Part shown: positions 1-11,100 of the stretch, piece after piece
Numbering within the stretch: position 1 is the first letter of the stretch
Layout of the letters: the number at the start of each line of letters is the position of its first letter
DNA from: an uncultured delta proteobacterium
Lineage (GTDB): Bacteria; Myxococcota_A; Polyangia; Fen-1088
Assembly (NCBI GenBank): GCA_963796685.1
Contig: CAWCMR010000013.1
Span: 576,001-640,000, forward strand
Direction of reading: 5' to 3'
Length of the DNA: 64,000 bases
Position numbers and translations under genes: made by a program
The notes under the pieces: model-generated
Seen by the model: the letters and a program-made list of their open reading frames with translations, nothing else
Databases searched by the model: none
Told to the model about the DNA's origin: nothing

Positions 1-29
1 CTGTTGCATACTCCAGACGGTTGCCGACC

Positions 30-935
30 ATGCGTAAGAAGCACCTCTCCCTGCACGTCTTGCTCCCGCTCGCAGCGCTGGCCCTGGCCGGCTGTCTCGG
101 GTACCGCACGCCCATGCTCGATCCCAACGCGGGCGAGTCGGCCAACCCCGGCCCGACTGGCGATGCAGGTCCGGACCTTGGAACCGATCTGCCACCTGCC
201 GATGCCGTGCCGGCCTCCATCTGCCAGGTTGAGAAAAGGTACGTCTTGCTCTTGGACATCGATGGCCGCCTCTACCGCTTCGAGACAGACTCGCTCTCGC
301 TGTCCCGCCTTGCCACCGTCGGTTGCGGCGACAACACCCTGAATTCGATGACCGCGTCGCCCATCGGGCCGGCCTACATTTCCAGTCAATCCGGCGACCT
401 GTGCTCGGTCGACACGCGCACCTTTGCGGTGACTCGCACGCCGTTCAGCCCGCTCTTGGTCCTCTCGAGCTCCTACGGCATGGCGCTCTTGCCCGACACG
501 AGCGCCGCCGGCCAGACCCTTTACATCGCCGTAGCCGGAGGCACCAACGTCAATCACCTGAAGCGCATCGACCTGTCCACGTTCGCGCTCACCGGCATCG
601 GGGACATCTCGCCCGCAGTGCCCTGGGCCGAGCTCACCGCCGGGCCGAATGGCGAGCTCTATGGCTTTGCCGTGGGCCAGACCGAGTCCCTGCTGCTCAA
701 CATCGACCCCAAGACGGCGTCCGCCATCGACGTTACGAGGGTTCCGGCCGGCTTTGCCGACGGCGCCGCGTTCGCGCTGGTCTCCTGGCAAGACGCCTTC
801 TACCTGTTCCTGGGGGACGGTTTTTCGAGCAGCTCGACCGTCTACCGCTACCGCAAGGGCGACGCTCAAGTGACGACCCTCGGCACCGTGGGCGCCAGCA
901 TCATCGGCGCCGGCGTCGCCTGCGCGTACAACTGA
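30..935 (+). CDS. Lipoprotein, probable beta-propeller
   Basis: ATG at 30; basic N-terminus, hydrophobic stretch and lipobox LAGC; Pro/Asp linker; repeated short beta-strand motifs. Confidence 0.75.
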   Translation: MRKKHLSLHVLLPLAALALAGCLGYRTPMLDPNAGESANPGPTGDAGPDLGTDLPPADAVPASICQVEKRYVLLLDIDGRLYRFETDSLSLSRLATVGCGDNTLNSMTASPIGPAYISSQSGDLCSVDTRTFAVTRTPFSPLLVLSSSYGMALLPDTSAAGQTLYIAVAGGTNVNHLKRIDLSTFALTGIGDISPAVPWAELTAGPNGELYGFAVGQTESLLLNIDPKTASAIDVTRVPAGFADGAAFALVSWQDAFYLFLGDGFSSSSTVYRYRKGDAQVTTLGTVGASIIGAGVACAYN

Positions 936-956
936 CCTGCTTGTCCCGTCCCATGC

Positions 957-2794
957 CTACGGCACGGCGGGTGCGCTGAGGATGAGGCGCACGAGCTCGT
1001 CGTGGAAGAGCGTGAACGGGACGCGCTTGGGCTCGACCTGCCCCGCGGTCTCCGGGCGGCTCGGGTCGCGTACCAGCATGGGCACGAAGCGATCGTAGCC
1101 ATAGGGGCTGCCGTGGCTGCTACCGGCGCCCTTGACGAGATCCGGATCCACGAAGCATCCCGGCTTGAGCACGATATAGAAATCGCCGCCGCGGTCGTGG
1201 TGCGGGCTCACGGAATGGCACACCAGCGCGGCCAGCAGATCCGTGCACTCGTCGGGGCAGGTGGCGGATTCCTGGAAGGGCGCGACGTCCAGGATGGCAT
1301 GCACGCCCTTGAACCTCTTGCGAAGCTCTGCGTCCAGCCTTCGCGCCAATTGCGCCCGAATGCGGGGATTGCCGAGGGCAAGCGAGCGCGCCGGCTCGGT
1401 GAGATAGATGTAGGGATAGACGACGCCGGCGATGACTTTCTCGATTTGGCTCCGCCCGCGTCTTTCATGGGAACCTTGGCTGCCGCGAGCTCGGCTTCTC
1501 TGCTCATCTCATCGAGGAACACGCGAGCCCCGCCGGCCCGCGAGCCGGTGCACGGCTTGCCGGAATCGAGCGCGCTGTGCACGCTGTCGCCACACCTCGG
1601 GCGCCTTCCGTCGTCCTCGACGGGAACGGCGCCATGGTCCGCCGACAACACGACGGACCAGGCCTGCGGCCCGAAAGCATCCAGCTCTTTGAAGAACCAA
1701 GCCAGGTTGGCATCGAGCCTGCGCAATTCGTCCCACGCCTCCCACGAGTCCGGGCCGAACAGGTGCCCGATGTAGTCGTTGGCCGAAAGCGAAAGCGCGA
1801 TGAACGCCGGCGCTTGCTTGGGATCGTGCTTGAGAAGGTGCAGCGCCATCTCGAGGAGCAACCGATCGCTGCCGGGCAAGGCACGAAACGCCGCGCCCGG
1901 CTTGGGGGCCAGGCTGGCCAGGTGCGCGGACAAGAACCCGGAATAGTCGCTGTCGCCGGGAACGAGGGCGTTTTCGCCCAACCACGCGTGATCGAGCCCC
2001 TGCCAGGCCTGGTCTTCGAGACGCTCGACGCCGTCGCGCTTGTCATCCGGCGCGGCCTCGAGGTAGGTACGCACGAAATCGCCGAGGCCGCTCGCGCGCA
2101 TCGCCGCCTCGTAGCGCCTCGTGGTGACGAAGCTACCGAGCTCGCGCTTGGGTTGGCCCGCGACGCCGGACTTGGCATCGAACCAGATGGCGTAGTCGGC
2201 CATGTCCCCGGCGGCGAATAGCGCCCCGCGATCCTTGAGCGAGAGCGCCGCAAGAAGGCCCTGTCCCTTGGGATAGCGACTGCGGAAGACCTCCGCGACC
2301 AGATCCGCCTTGGCCTCGAGCTTGTCGAGCGAGCTTCCCATGCCGATCCCGGGCGCGCCATCGAGGGTGACGAGACTGCTCGCGTCGCGCGGGTCCGAGA
2401 TGGTGGCCTGTTTCCTCCCGTCGGGGCCGAGCACGTCGTTGGCGATGATCCCGTGCTCGCGCGGCAGCTTGCCCGTGAAGAGCGACGCATGCCCGGGCGC
2501 GGTTTCGGTGATGGCATGGGAATAGGCCATTTCCTGGAAGAGCTTGCCTTCCCGGCGCAGGCGCGCAAAGCCGCCGTCGGCGGGAAGCTTGTCGATGCGC
2601 TCGCGCAACACCCAGGCGGCAAGCTGATCGACGACGATGGCCACCACGATGGGCGCGTGCCCGGCGCGCGGCGCGGCCAGCACCTCGTCGATCGCGTCGC
2701 CCGTGTCGCCCGAGGACGAAGCCGGGGCCGGTTGCGCGAACACCATCGGGGCCACGATCAAGAACCATGACAAGACGCCGTATCGAACCTTCAT
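957..2794 (-). CDS. Alkaline phosphatase superfamily protein (PafA-like), frameshifted near 1445
   Basis: Motifs VVDQL, TETAPGH (Thr nucleophile), SLKDR, DYIGH and SADHG in ORF 1208..2971; C-terminal SHGSPYGYDRFVPML in ORF 957..1349; the frames join around 1445 (..AK-IEKVIAGVVYPYIYL..). Confidence 0.8.
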
Positions 2795-2860
2795 GCCTGC
2801 GCCCATGTAACCCACTTTGCTGACGAAATGGGCAACGAATCGGTATAACCTGTCGTTCCA

Positions 2861-4495
2861 ATGCCGACGATTGGCCCCTACACGCACGGTCCATACTCGC
2901 CACTTGTCGGAGCCCTGCTTCCGGTGGTGGTCGTGGCATTGCTGGTCGCTCGGCGGCTCGTGCACAGGCACGCGCCCCTCGCCTCGCCACTTTGGTACAA
3001 GATCTCGCTGGCCGGGTGCTTGGCGCTGGCGCTCGGCAACTACGCCTCATTCGGGGAATTTCGCTACGACAGCTACATGAACGAGTGGGACGTAACCCAC
3101 TACTACACCGGCGCGAAATATGCGGCGGAGCTCGGTTACGATCACCAATACGAGGCCATCTGGCTCGCGGACCACGACACCGGATTGCGGAGCACGGCAA
3201 CCATGGTGCGCAGCCTGCGCACCTACGAAATGATTCCCACTGCCGCGCTGATGGCGCACGCCGACGAGATACGGGGACGATTCTCGCCCGCGAGATGGCG
3301 AGAGTTTTGCGGCGACATCGCCTGGCTCAAGATGCAACTTCCGGCACCGCGCTGGACGTTGTTGACAGAAGACCACGGGTACAACGCCCCTCCCACGTGG
3401 ACCGCGGCCATCGAGCTCATCGCCAACGGGCTGTCGATCCGATCCCCCGTCGGGCGTTGGCTCATGCTCCTCATCGATCCCGTGCTGCTGCTGCTTGCCC
3501 TGGCGGCCCTGGCATGGGCCTACGGGTTCGAAGCCGCGGCCCTGACGGCCGTGCTGCTGGGCACGCACTACTTCTTCTCTTGGGGACACCTGAAGGGAAC
3601 CGTGGTCCGAACGGATTTCGTTGCGTTCGCCCTGTTCGCCATGTGCCTGTTGAAGAAGGATCGTCCCATTCTTGCCGGCATCTGTGCTGCTGTCGCCGCG
3701 TGCTCGAGGGCATTTCCGGTGTTCTTTCTCCTTGGACCGCTCGTGGTCCTGGTGTCCCGCCTTGCGCGAGATCGCAAGCTCGATCCCGCGCTTGCGCGGT
3801 TCTTTCTCGCGTGCGGCGCCACCGCGGCCGTGGCCGTGTCCTACGCGGCGATTCATTTCCACGGTGCCGGAATCTTCTCGGCTTGGGGCTCGAAGATGGC
3901 CCTGCACGTGACCTCGCACGAAAGCTGGACCGTCGGATTCCGTACCATCTTCAACACCCTCACCGAGCTGAAGCTCCCGAACCATCCCGGGATGGCGGTG
4001 GCCAGGTGGGTCGATACGCGCCTTGCCTCCGACGAAGTCATTCTGCTTTGGACGACGCGCCTTCTGGTTCTGTTCCCCGCGCTCTTCTTCATGCGATTCA
4101 TGACCCCGTCCTCCGCCTACGGCTTTTCCTATGTGGTCATGTTCTTCATGGTCGCACCGGTCCACTACTACGCCATGGTCCTGTGCCTGCCCCTGGTCTA
4201 TTTCGTAGCGGAACCGGTCGGGTGGTCGCGCACGCTCGGCATCGCCTGGCTCTTGCTCACCGGCTCCGCGGGCTATCTGCTTTACTATGGCTGGCGGCCC
4301 TTGGCACCGTTCTGGCTGTTCAAAGGCTACGGGCTGGGCTTCATGAACACCTTCTACATGACCTGCTTCATCACGGTGACAACGCTTCACCTGGTTGCAC
4401 ACGCGTCCCGTGCGGCGCTGATCCAGCAGCGACGCGAACCCAACGGGACACATCGAGCCCTGCCTGTCCCGGCCCCTTCAGCACCGGCCAGTTGA
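2861..4495 (+). CDS. Polytopic membrane protein, GT-C fold glycosyltransferase-like (GT87/DUF2029-like)
   Basis: About 10-12 hydrophobic segments; periplasmic loop with WD..HYY.GAKY..ELGY and YNAPP motif. Confidence 0.65.
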   Translation: MPTIGPYTHGPYSPLVGALLPVVVVALLVARRLVHRHAPLASPLWYKISLAGCLALALGNYASFGEFRYDSYMNEWDVTHYYTGAKYAAELGYDHQYEAIWLADHDTGLRSTATMVRSLRTYEMIPTAALMAHADEIRGRFSPARWREFCGDIAWLKMQLPAPRWTLLTEDHGYNAPPTWTAAIELIANGLSIRSPVGRWLMLLIDPVLLLLALAALAWAYGFEAAALTAVLLGTHYFFSWGHLKGTVVRTDFVAFALFAMCLLKKDRPILAGICAAVAACSRAFPVFFLLGPLVVLVSRLARDRKLDPALARFFLACGATAAVAVSYAAIHFHGAGIFSAWGSKMALHVTSHESWTVGFRTIFNTLTELKLPNHPGMAVARWVDTRLASDEVILLWTTRLLVLFPALFFMRFMTPSSAYGFSYVVMFFMVAPVHYYAMVLCLPLVYFVAEPVGWSRTLGIAWLLLTGSAGYLLYYGWRPLAPFWLFKGYGLGFMNTFYMTCFITVTTLHLVAHASRAALIQQRREPNGTHRALPVPAPSAPAS

Positions 4496-4555
4496 GGTGA
4501 AAATCCACCGGTGGCTTGACCATCCATGCCTCCGTGTTCCCGCCAGACCGAAGGC

Positions 4556-7500
4556 CTACTTCGCCGGCACGGCGATCCGGATCTCTCCCTGCTCGACGGG
4601 ATCGACCGTGCGCAACTTGGCGGCCACGCCCTGATAATCGCCGGGTAGCACGCGCGCAATGGGGAGGCGTGTTTGGCGGTGCAAGGAGATGCTGCGCGAG
4701 CCGTCCCGCGCGTCGTTCACCTGCCGCTTCTCGAAGAAGCGCGCGCCGCCCGCGCTCACATCGGTGCCCTGCCCCAGATCGATCACCTTCGCGCCGGCGG
4801 GAAGCTCGATCTCGGCATCGAGGTCGAGAGGGATGTCGTAACCCAGCATGAGCGTGGTCTTGCGCCGAGGTTCCGTGCCGAAACGCCGGCCGGGCTGGGC
4901 CTCGAAGAACTCCGGACGCAAGCGCAACACCCCGTCCTGCCGCGATGCCATGCGCGCCGAGCGAAAGGTGTAGCTGACCCGCGTCCCGGAGCCGCCCTCG
5001 CCCGGCTGGATCGAGAGACTGTCGAGCTGGGCGCCGGGAAATTGGTGGCCGAGCCATTGCTGCTCGAAATCCTGGCGCAGCTTGCTTCGATCCTTGCCTG
5101 CACGATCGAGCAGCTCGTTCCATTCTACCGCCGGCCACCCCGAAAGTTGCTCGGTCACCGCGACCCTGGCGCCGCCGTCCGATTCGAGCCGCGCGCGCAG
5201 GGTCACGCTGCGACTGTCCTTGACCGCGGAGACGACCTTCACCAGGCGCCGTGTCCCGACCACCACGGCCGGCGCGCCGTCGATGCCAGGCAAGAGGTAG
5301 GCAAAGGGTGCCCGGCGAATCTGTGGATCGACGAAACGCTCTCCAGTCGGATCGGAAAAGCGCACGAGCAGCTCGCGAAAGTCGTCCTGCTCCATGGTGG
5401 TCATGGGCGCGCTCGCATCGGCCCTGAGCAGCGACCGGGCCAGGACCAGATCGGCGTGAAGACCAAGGCTGCGCGCCAGCGCCAGCATCAACCAGGCGCG
5501 GTTGCCGCGATGGCGGGCCAGGGTCGTGGTGGCAGACGCGCCGAAATCGTTTTCGGGCTCGATGTTCTCTCGCACCCAGGCCACGAGGGCCTCCGCCAGA
5601 TGACCGCGATCGTGGCCGACCCGCGCCGAGATGGCCGCCGCCACCAGGCGAATCTCGGGCGATCCGCGGGAAAGGTCGATGGCACGACTGGCGACGAAGC
5701 GCGACCAGCCGTCCTTGGGGACGGCGCTGGACACGCGCACCGAGGGAATCCATTCCGTCGCCGGAACCGCCGAGCGTTCGGGGAAGACCTGCGGCTTGCC
5801 GCGCACGAGAAACGAGAGCACGCGCGTTCCGTCGGCCGGCAGGGTCGTGGTGGGAACCGGTGCGTCGGCGCGGCAATCGACATCGAGCGGCATGGTCGCG
5901 GGCGCGACGAACAGGTACTCGCTGCGGTCGAGCGGCGCATCGAAGGACTGAAAGTAGAAGCGCTCGCCCACCAGACCGGGCGCGAAGGCCACGGAGGGCT
6001 CCTTGACCTCCAGGGTTTCCGATTCGACGAAGTCGCCCACTTCGAGCTCGGGCACGGAGACGCTGGACTTGCCGGAAATTTCCTCCGCCTCGCGCGAGCT
6101 GCCGTCGGCCTTGCGCGTGCGCAGGACGAGGACCTCCGCGCCTTCGGGAATGTTCACCTCGCCCACCGACTCGATGGCGTCCTTGCTGAGCACCTGGGTA
6201 ATGGAATGGGTCAGGACCAAGCGGGTGCCATCGGGGTAGACGCGCTCGACCGCGCGATCCAGGACGACGACGGCCGGTGCCTGGTACGTTCTCTTGGACG
6301 CCAGGTAATCGCGAATGACCTGTTCGCCGTCGAGCCGGTAGTCATCGAGTGGCAAGGGAAGCCCGGCCAAGCGAGCCGCTCGGCGCACGTCGCTTCGCCC
6401 GGGGAATCGCTGCAGGGCTTGCGCGAGGGTCGCGTGCGCGAGCTCGCGCTCGCCCGTCGCCGCTTGAACGTCGGCCAGGCGAATCGCGACGTGCGTATCG
6501 CGCGGCGCCCATTGTGCAAGGGCCGTCAATTCGTCGCGCGCCGCCCGAAGGTGCCCCTGGGCGATCAAGGTGTCGGCAATCTCCGAACGCAACCACAGCG
6601 GATCCGCGCTCGTGGGCAGGCTGCGGCGGAGCATGGACATCACCTTGTCCAGGTCGCCGCGCTGCTGGGCAAAGAGGCGTTGATTGCTGTCTTGGGCATC
6701 GCAACGACCCAGCCGCCCCACCAAACGCTCGGCCGCTCGGACATCGTCGCGCGCTTCGGCGCGCTGAGTGGCCTCTTCCAGCATCTCGCATGCGCCCACG
6801 CCACCCTCGACCAGCGCCAGCCCCTTTGCCAACGCGGCGTCGGCGGGCTGCTCGAAACCCTGCCCGCGCAAGGCCGTCGCTGCCGCGAGCTGCGCGGGCC
6901 ACCACATCGGCGCCACGTGCCGAGCGTGCTCGGCCTTGTCGGTGGCCTCGCGCGCCCTGTCGTTCTGCAGGTCCAACTTCGCGAGATCGATCCACACCCG
7001 GGCCATGCCCGGGTCGCTGGCCAGCGCCTGCTGCCACAGGGCACGAGCCCGGTCGCGCATGATGTCCGCGGGTCTGGTCGGATCCATTTCCCCGAGACGC
7101 CCGGCTGCCGCCAGCCCCAGCGCGAAATGCGCCTGGGCCGACAGCCGATCGACGAGGGTGAGCATCAAGTCGACCTGCCCCGTCAGGTTCGCCGCAAGCG
7201 CGGTGGCGAAATCCATCATGGCCGAATCGGTGGTCGAGGGCGGTTCTCGGCCAACGGAGAACGGGCTTTCCGATCCCGCGGGAATGGCCAAGAGCGAGAG
7301 GTCGGCGGTCGAGCCGTAGACACCGATGCGAATCTCGACGGTGTGCTTGCCCGCGGCCAGCTCCATGCGTTCGGCCGACCAGCGCGGCCCGTACACGTCC
7401 GGCGCTCCGCCGTGCTGCCACCAAGGCCCGTTGTCGACACGCAGGCGGGCCGGTCCGCCGTAGTCGAGCACGAGGTCGTACCGCCCGCCCGGAAGCGCAA

Positions 7501-8197
7501 GCTCCGAACGGAGCACCCGCACGCCGCTACGATTGTCGGCGGCATTGAGCTGGAGCTCGCAGCCGGCCGGCAAGAGCGTCCGCGGTTTGGCCTCGGGCGT
7601 GTAGGCTTCCCCGGCCAGATCGAGCAAGGGAAGACGACCCCACGAGCCCACCATCTGCATGGACGGTGCACAGCCCGCCCGGGCCGAGGCCTCGGCCAGC
7701 AGGGGTTCGTCCGCCCGCTTGCGCGCGATGTCGATCACGGTCAAGGCGAGCAGGTATTGGGCCTGCCAGGGCAGGTGCTCGGGCGCCAGCGCGATGAGCC
7801 GCTCCTCCGCGGGCTGGCGATCGGGAACTTCCGACAAGAGGCGCGAGATGCGCGACAGGGTCGCGGTCGAGAGCGCCGTGGCAAGCGGGTCTTGCCCCTT
7901 GCTTGCGGATTCCATCAACGTGAGCGCGTACCCCAGTGCCGCGTCGGGGTCGCCGTGCTCGAAGGCCAGGTTGGCCGCGCCAAAGAGAGCGCGCGCGTCG
8001 GACGGGTCGAGGGCGAGAGCGCGCGAAAAGCTCGCCGACGCCGCGTCCGCCTTGCCATCGAGCAGGGCCCGCCAGCCGAGGACGCTCTCGGAGTCCGGCC
8101 GGCCATCCCGCCGCGCCTGGCCCAGCGTCTGGGCACACCCCGTGGCCGCAACCAGCAGCACGGCAAGGAATGGACGGAATCGTTGCGGCGCGGTCAT
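4556..8197 (-). CDS. Large lipoprotein with TPR + DUF3857/transglutaminase-like domains (catalytic Cys apparently absent)
   Basis: 1213 aa; lipobox ATGC; TPR helices; DUF3857-like region (ELEVGDFVE); HRGNRAWLM at the position of the GDC motif; start overlaps the upstream stop (ATGA). Confidence 0.75.
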   Translation of the reverse strand: MTAPQRFRPFLAVLLVAATGCAQTLGQARRDGRPDSESVLGWRALLDGKADAASASFSRALALDPSDARALFGAANLAFEHGDPDAALGYALTLMESASKGQDPLATALSTATLSRISRLLSEVPDRQPAEERLIALAPEHLPWQAQYLLALTVIDIARKRADEPLLAEASARAGCAPSMQMVGSWGRLPLLDLAGEAYTPEAKPRTLLPAGCELQLNAADNRSGVRVLRSELALPGGRYDLVLDYGGPARLRVDNGPWWQHGGAPDVYGPRWSAERMELAAGKHTVEIRIGVYGSTADLSLLAIPAGSESPFSVGREPPSTTDSAMMDFATALAANLTGQVDLMLTLVDRLSAQAHFALGLAAAGRLGEMDPTRPADIMRDRARALWQQALASDPGMARVWIDLAKLDLQNDRAREATDKAEHARHVAPMWWPAQLAAATALRGQGFEQPADAALAKGLALVEGGVGACEMLEEATQRAEARDDVRAAERLVGRLGRCDAQDSNQRLFAQQRGDLDKVMSMLRRSLPTSADPLWLRSEIADTLIAQGHLRAARDELTALAQWAPRDTHVAIRLADVQAATGERELAHATLAQALQRFPGRSDVRRAARLAGLPLPLDDYRLDGEQVIRDYLASKRTYQAPAVVVLDRAVERVYPDGTRLVLTHSITQVLSKDAIESVGEVNIPEGAEVLVLRTRKADGSSREAEEISGKSSVSVPELEVGDFVESETLEVKEPSVAFAPGLVGERFYFQSFDAPLDRSEYLFVAPATMPLDVDCRADAPVPTTTLPADGTRVLSFLVRGKPQVFPERSAVPATEWIPSVRVSSAVPKDGWSRFVASRAIDLSRGSPEIRLVAAAISARVGHDRGHLAEALVAWVRENIEPENDFGASATTTLARHRGNRAWLMLALARSLGLHADLVLARSLLRADASAPMTTMEQDDFRELLVRFSDPTGERFVDPQIRRAPFAYLLPGIDGAPAVVVGTRRLVKVVSAVKDSRSVTLRARLESDGGARVAVTEQLSGWPAVEWNELLDRAGKDRSKLRQDFEQQWLGHQFPGAQLDSLSIQPGEGGSGTRVSYTFRSARMASRQDGVLRLRPEFFEAQPGRRFGTEPRRKTTLMLGYDIPLDLDAEIELPAGAKVIDLGQGTDVSAGGARFFEKRQVNDARDGSRSISLHRQTRLPIARVLPGDYQGVAAKLRTVDPVEQGEIRIAVPAK

Positions 8198-11100
8198 GAT
8201 GTCTTCTCCACCTCGACCACCACCCGTTCGGCCAGCGCAGCGTCGACGTCGCGCAAAAACGCACGGAAGGCGGGATAGCTCGCCGGCTCGATGCGACTCT
8301 TGGCCACCAAGAGCACCGAGGTGACGCCAACCGAGCGGCCATCCGGCGAGCTCGTGACCGCGATGGTGAGCTCGCCGAACGGCGACGCGATCCTGCGCGT
8401 GCTCGGAGCGTGAACGACGCGAGCCCCGGCCGGCAGGTTGTACGTGACCTGCTCTTCATGGCGCCAGGGATAGCCGAGCACGAGCGGCCAGCGGCGCGTG
8501 CCCAGGCGGGCATAGGTGCTGGTGAAATCGGCGTCGCGCGAGCTCAAGGGCAGGCGAAGCTCGCCGCCGCGCATTCGTTCGCCCATCTGCGGAACCGTTA
8601 CCGTGGAGAGCACGGACACGGGCCGATTGCGATCCGAGACCTCCATGTCGAGCTTCCCCAGCGTCGCCCCCGCGAAGCGCCCGCTCCACACCTTGGCATA
8701 GCGCTCGCGCCGCTCGCCGGGGGTCTGGTAGTGCGCGCGCCACTCGTGCGCGGCCTGCCCTGTGATAGTGAGCGTCTCCACGATGTCCGCGGAGCCGTCT
8801 GCGTTCAAATCGACCTGCCATTTGCGCAGGGCCTGGTTGCTTTCCGGGGCAAGCAGGGGCGTACGCACCAGCTTGGCACCATGGGCGGACACGCGCAGGG
8901 CCATGGTGTCCTGATCCTCGGCGGGCAACTCGGCCAGGCCGGAAAACTCGGCCGTGCCATCGAGGTAGAGATTGAGGGCCGGGACGTAGGCGATGGCGTG
9001 GTCGAACACGGCGAGCGACGCCGGTGCCTCGTCGATGCGACCACCGCGACGGGTGCGCAGCAGGACGAGCTCGCACTCCACGCCCACGCTGTGAAGCAGC
9101 GCCATCATCAGCGTGGCCTTGTCCTTGCAATCGCCGAAGCGGCGCTGGAACACCTGGGTCGACGGGTACGGCTTGTAACCGTGGATGCCGAACTCGAGAC
9201 CGACGTAACGGGTGTTCTCGACCACCAGGCGATGAATGGCCTTGACCTTGTCGAGCACGGTGGTCGCCCCCGCGGTGGCCTTTGCCGCGGCCTTGGCCAG
9301 GGTGCCGTCGTCCTGCATCTGATCCGCGACGAGATTCCAGTACCAGCGTCCCACGTCTTGCCACGTGCGATAGGTGCTGACGTGCAGGTAGGGCGCGACT
9401 TCGGCGAAACCCGGCATGGCCGGTTCGCTCTCGATGGCGGGCAGGCCGCGAACCTCGAAGTGGTAGCGGACCTCGGCGCCGAGGGTTTCGCGGGTAGAGC
9501 GCAGGCTGGCCAGGCGCGGTTGGTTGAAGTAGAAGACGCGCGTCGGGGGCGCAATCAACGTGTATTCCCAGCGACGGACCGGCAGGGTGTCGGCGATCAC
9601 CTGAAAATCGCCGAAGTAGTCGGCGAGATCGTTGCTGGTGCCCACGTCGGCCACGGTGTACTGGATCTCGACCACGTCGCCGGCGCGCAGGTTTTCGAAG
9701 GTCACGACCTCGGCGCGCGTGTCGTAGTAGAGCCCATACCAAGGCTCGGACAGGTCGCGTTCGTCCCGCCCGGTGGCCTCCGAAATCTCGATGCCTTGGT
9801 TCGCGCCTTTGCGCAACACGCGGGCCTTGCGAACCTCGACCTCCTGCCGGCCGGGCTCGAAGCGAATCCAGGTTTCCTGATTGTCACGTGCGGCGCGCTC
9901 GGTGCGCACGTGAATCAAGCGCTGAACGAAACGTTCGCCAAGCCCGTTGCCGTGCACGCGAACCGCCGTCCGGTCGAGCACGATCTCGGCCGAGGCGTCG
10001 TCGGCAGGACTCGGGCCGAAAAGAACCTCGCGCGCAAGCGACTCGCCGTCCGCCGCATTTTCGCTGACCAGGTCGTCGAGGGAACGGGTTTCGCCTTTCG
10101 CCTTCTGGGCGGCCAGGAGGGCATCCGCGTAGCGACGCAAGCCGGGATTCTGCGGCCGCAACTCCAGCGAGCGCCGCATGGCCGCGATGGCGGCCGCGAA
10201 GTGTCCGGCCCGGGCCTCCAGCCTGCCAAGCTCGTCGGGCAAGCCGGGGTCGTCGGGCAGGCGCGAGACGGCCTTGCTCAGCACCGACCGGGCGCCCGCG
10301 ATGTCGCCGCAGGCTTCGAGCGCGCTCGCTTGCGCGAAGACCGGAGACGTCAAATCCGGACGCCAGCGCAGTGCCTCGCCTTGCCAGCGTGCCGACTCGG
10401 CCAAATCGCCGCGTCGACGTTCGGCGGTGGCCAATTCGCGCAAGACGCCGACATCGGAACGGCGCACATCATGAATGGCTCGGAGCGCAGCTTCGGCATC
10501 CGCGGGCCGGCCGAGCGTCCTGAAGATGTCGGACAGGGCGTCCTGCACCGCCGGCAGCCGACGGATGCTATCGGGCAAAGCGGACACCCGTGCCAGCGCG
10601 GAGGCGGCCAACCCCGTGTCCTGTTCCTCGCCGGCCAGCGCGACCTGCGCCTGGACACAGCCCGGGTCGAGGGCGACAGCCTGCCGCCATCGCGACACGG
10701 CTGCATCGTCGCGGTGTTGGCTGTGCCAAAGCTGGCCGATCTCGGCCAGCGCCCGAGCCCGATCCTCGGCGCGCGCCAGCGTGGGCAGCACACGCTCCAG
10801 GGCCGCGCGACGGTCGTCATCCTCACGTGCCACGTTGCCAAGCAAGAACAAGGCCTCGGTCGCGACAGGCGTCATGTGGCCGCTCGGCGCCGGAAGCGCC
10901 TTGTTGGCGGCCTTTTCGGCGGCGCCGAGATCGCTGTCCTCGGGCATCACCAGCGAAAGATAGAGCGCCTCGTCCAGCCACGCTTCCGCCGAGGTCGCGG
11001 CCCCTGCCCGTTCGGCCCGCTCACGCAACAACATTCCGAGCGCGCGCACCTTGGGCTGCCGTCCCGGCAGTGCCGCGCGAACCGTCGCGTGTGGAGGCAC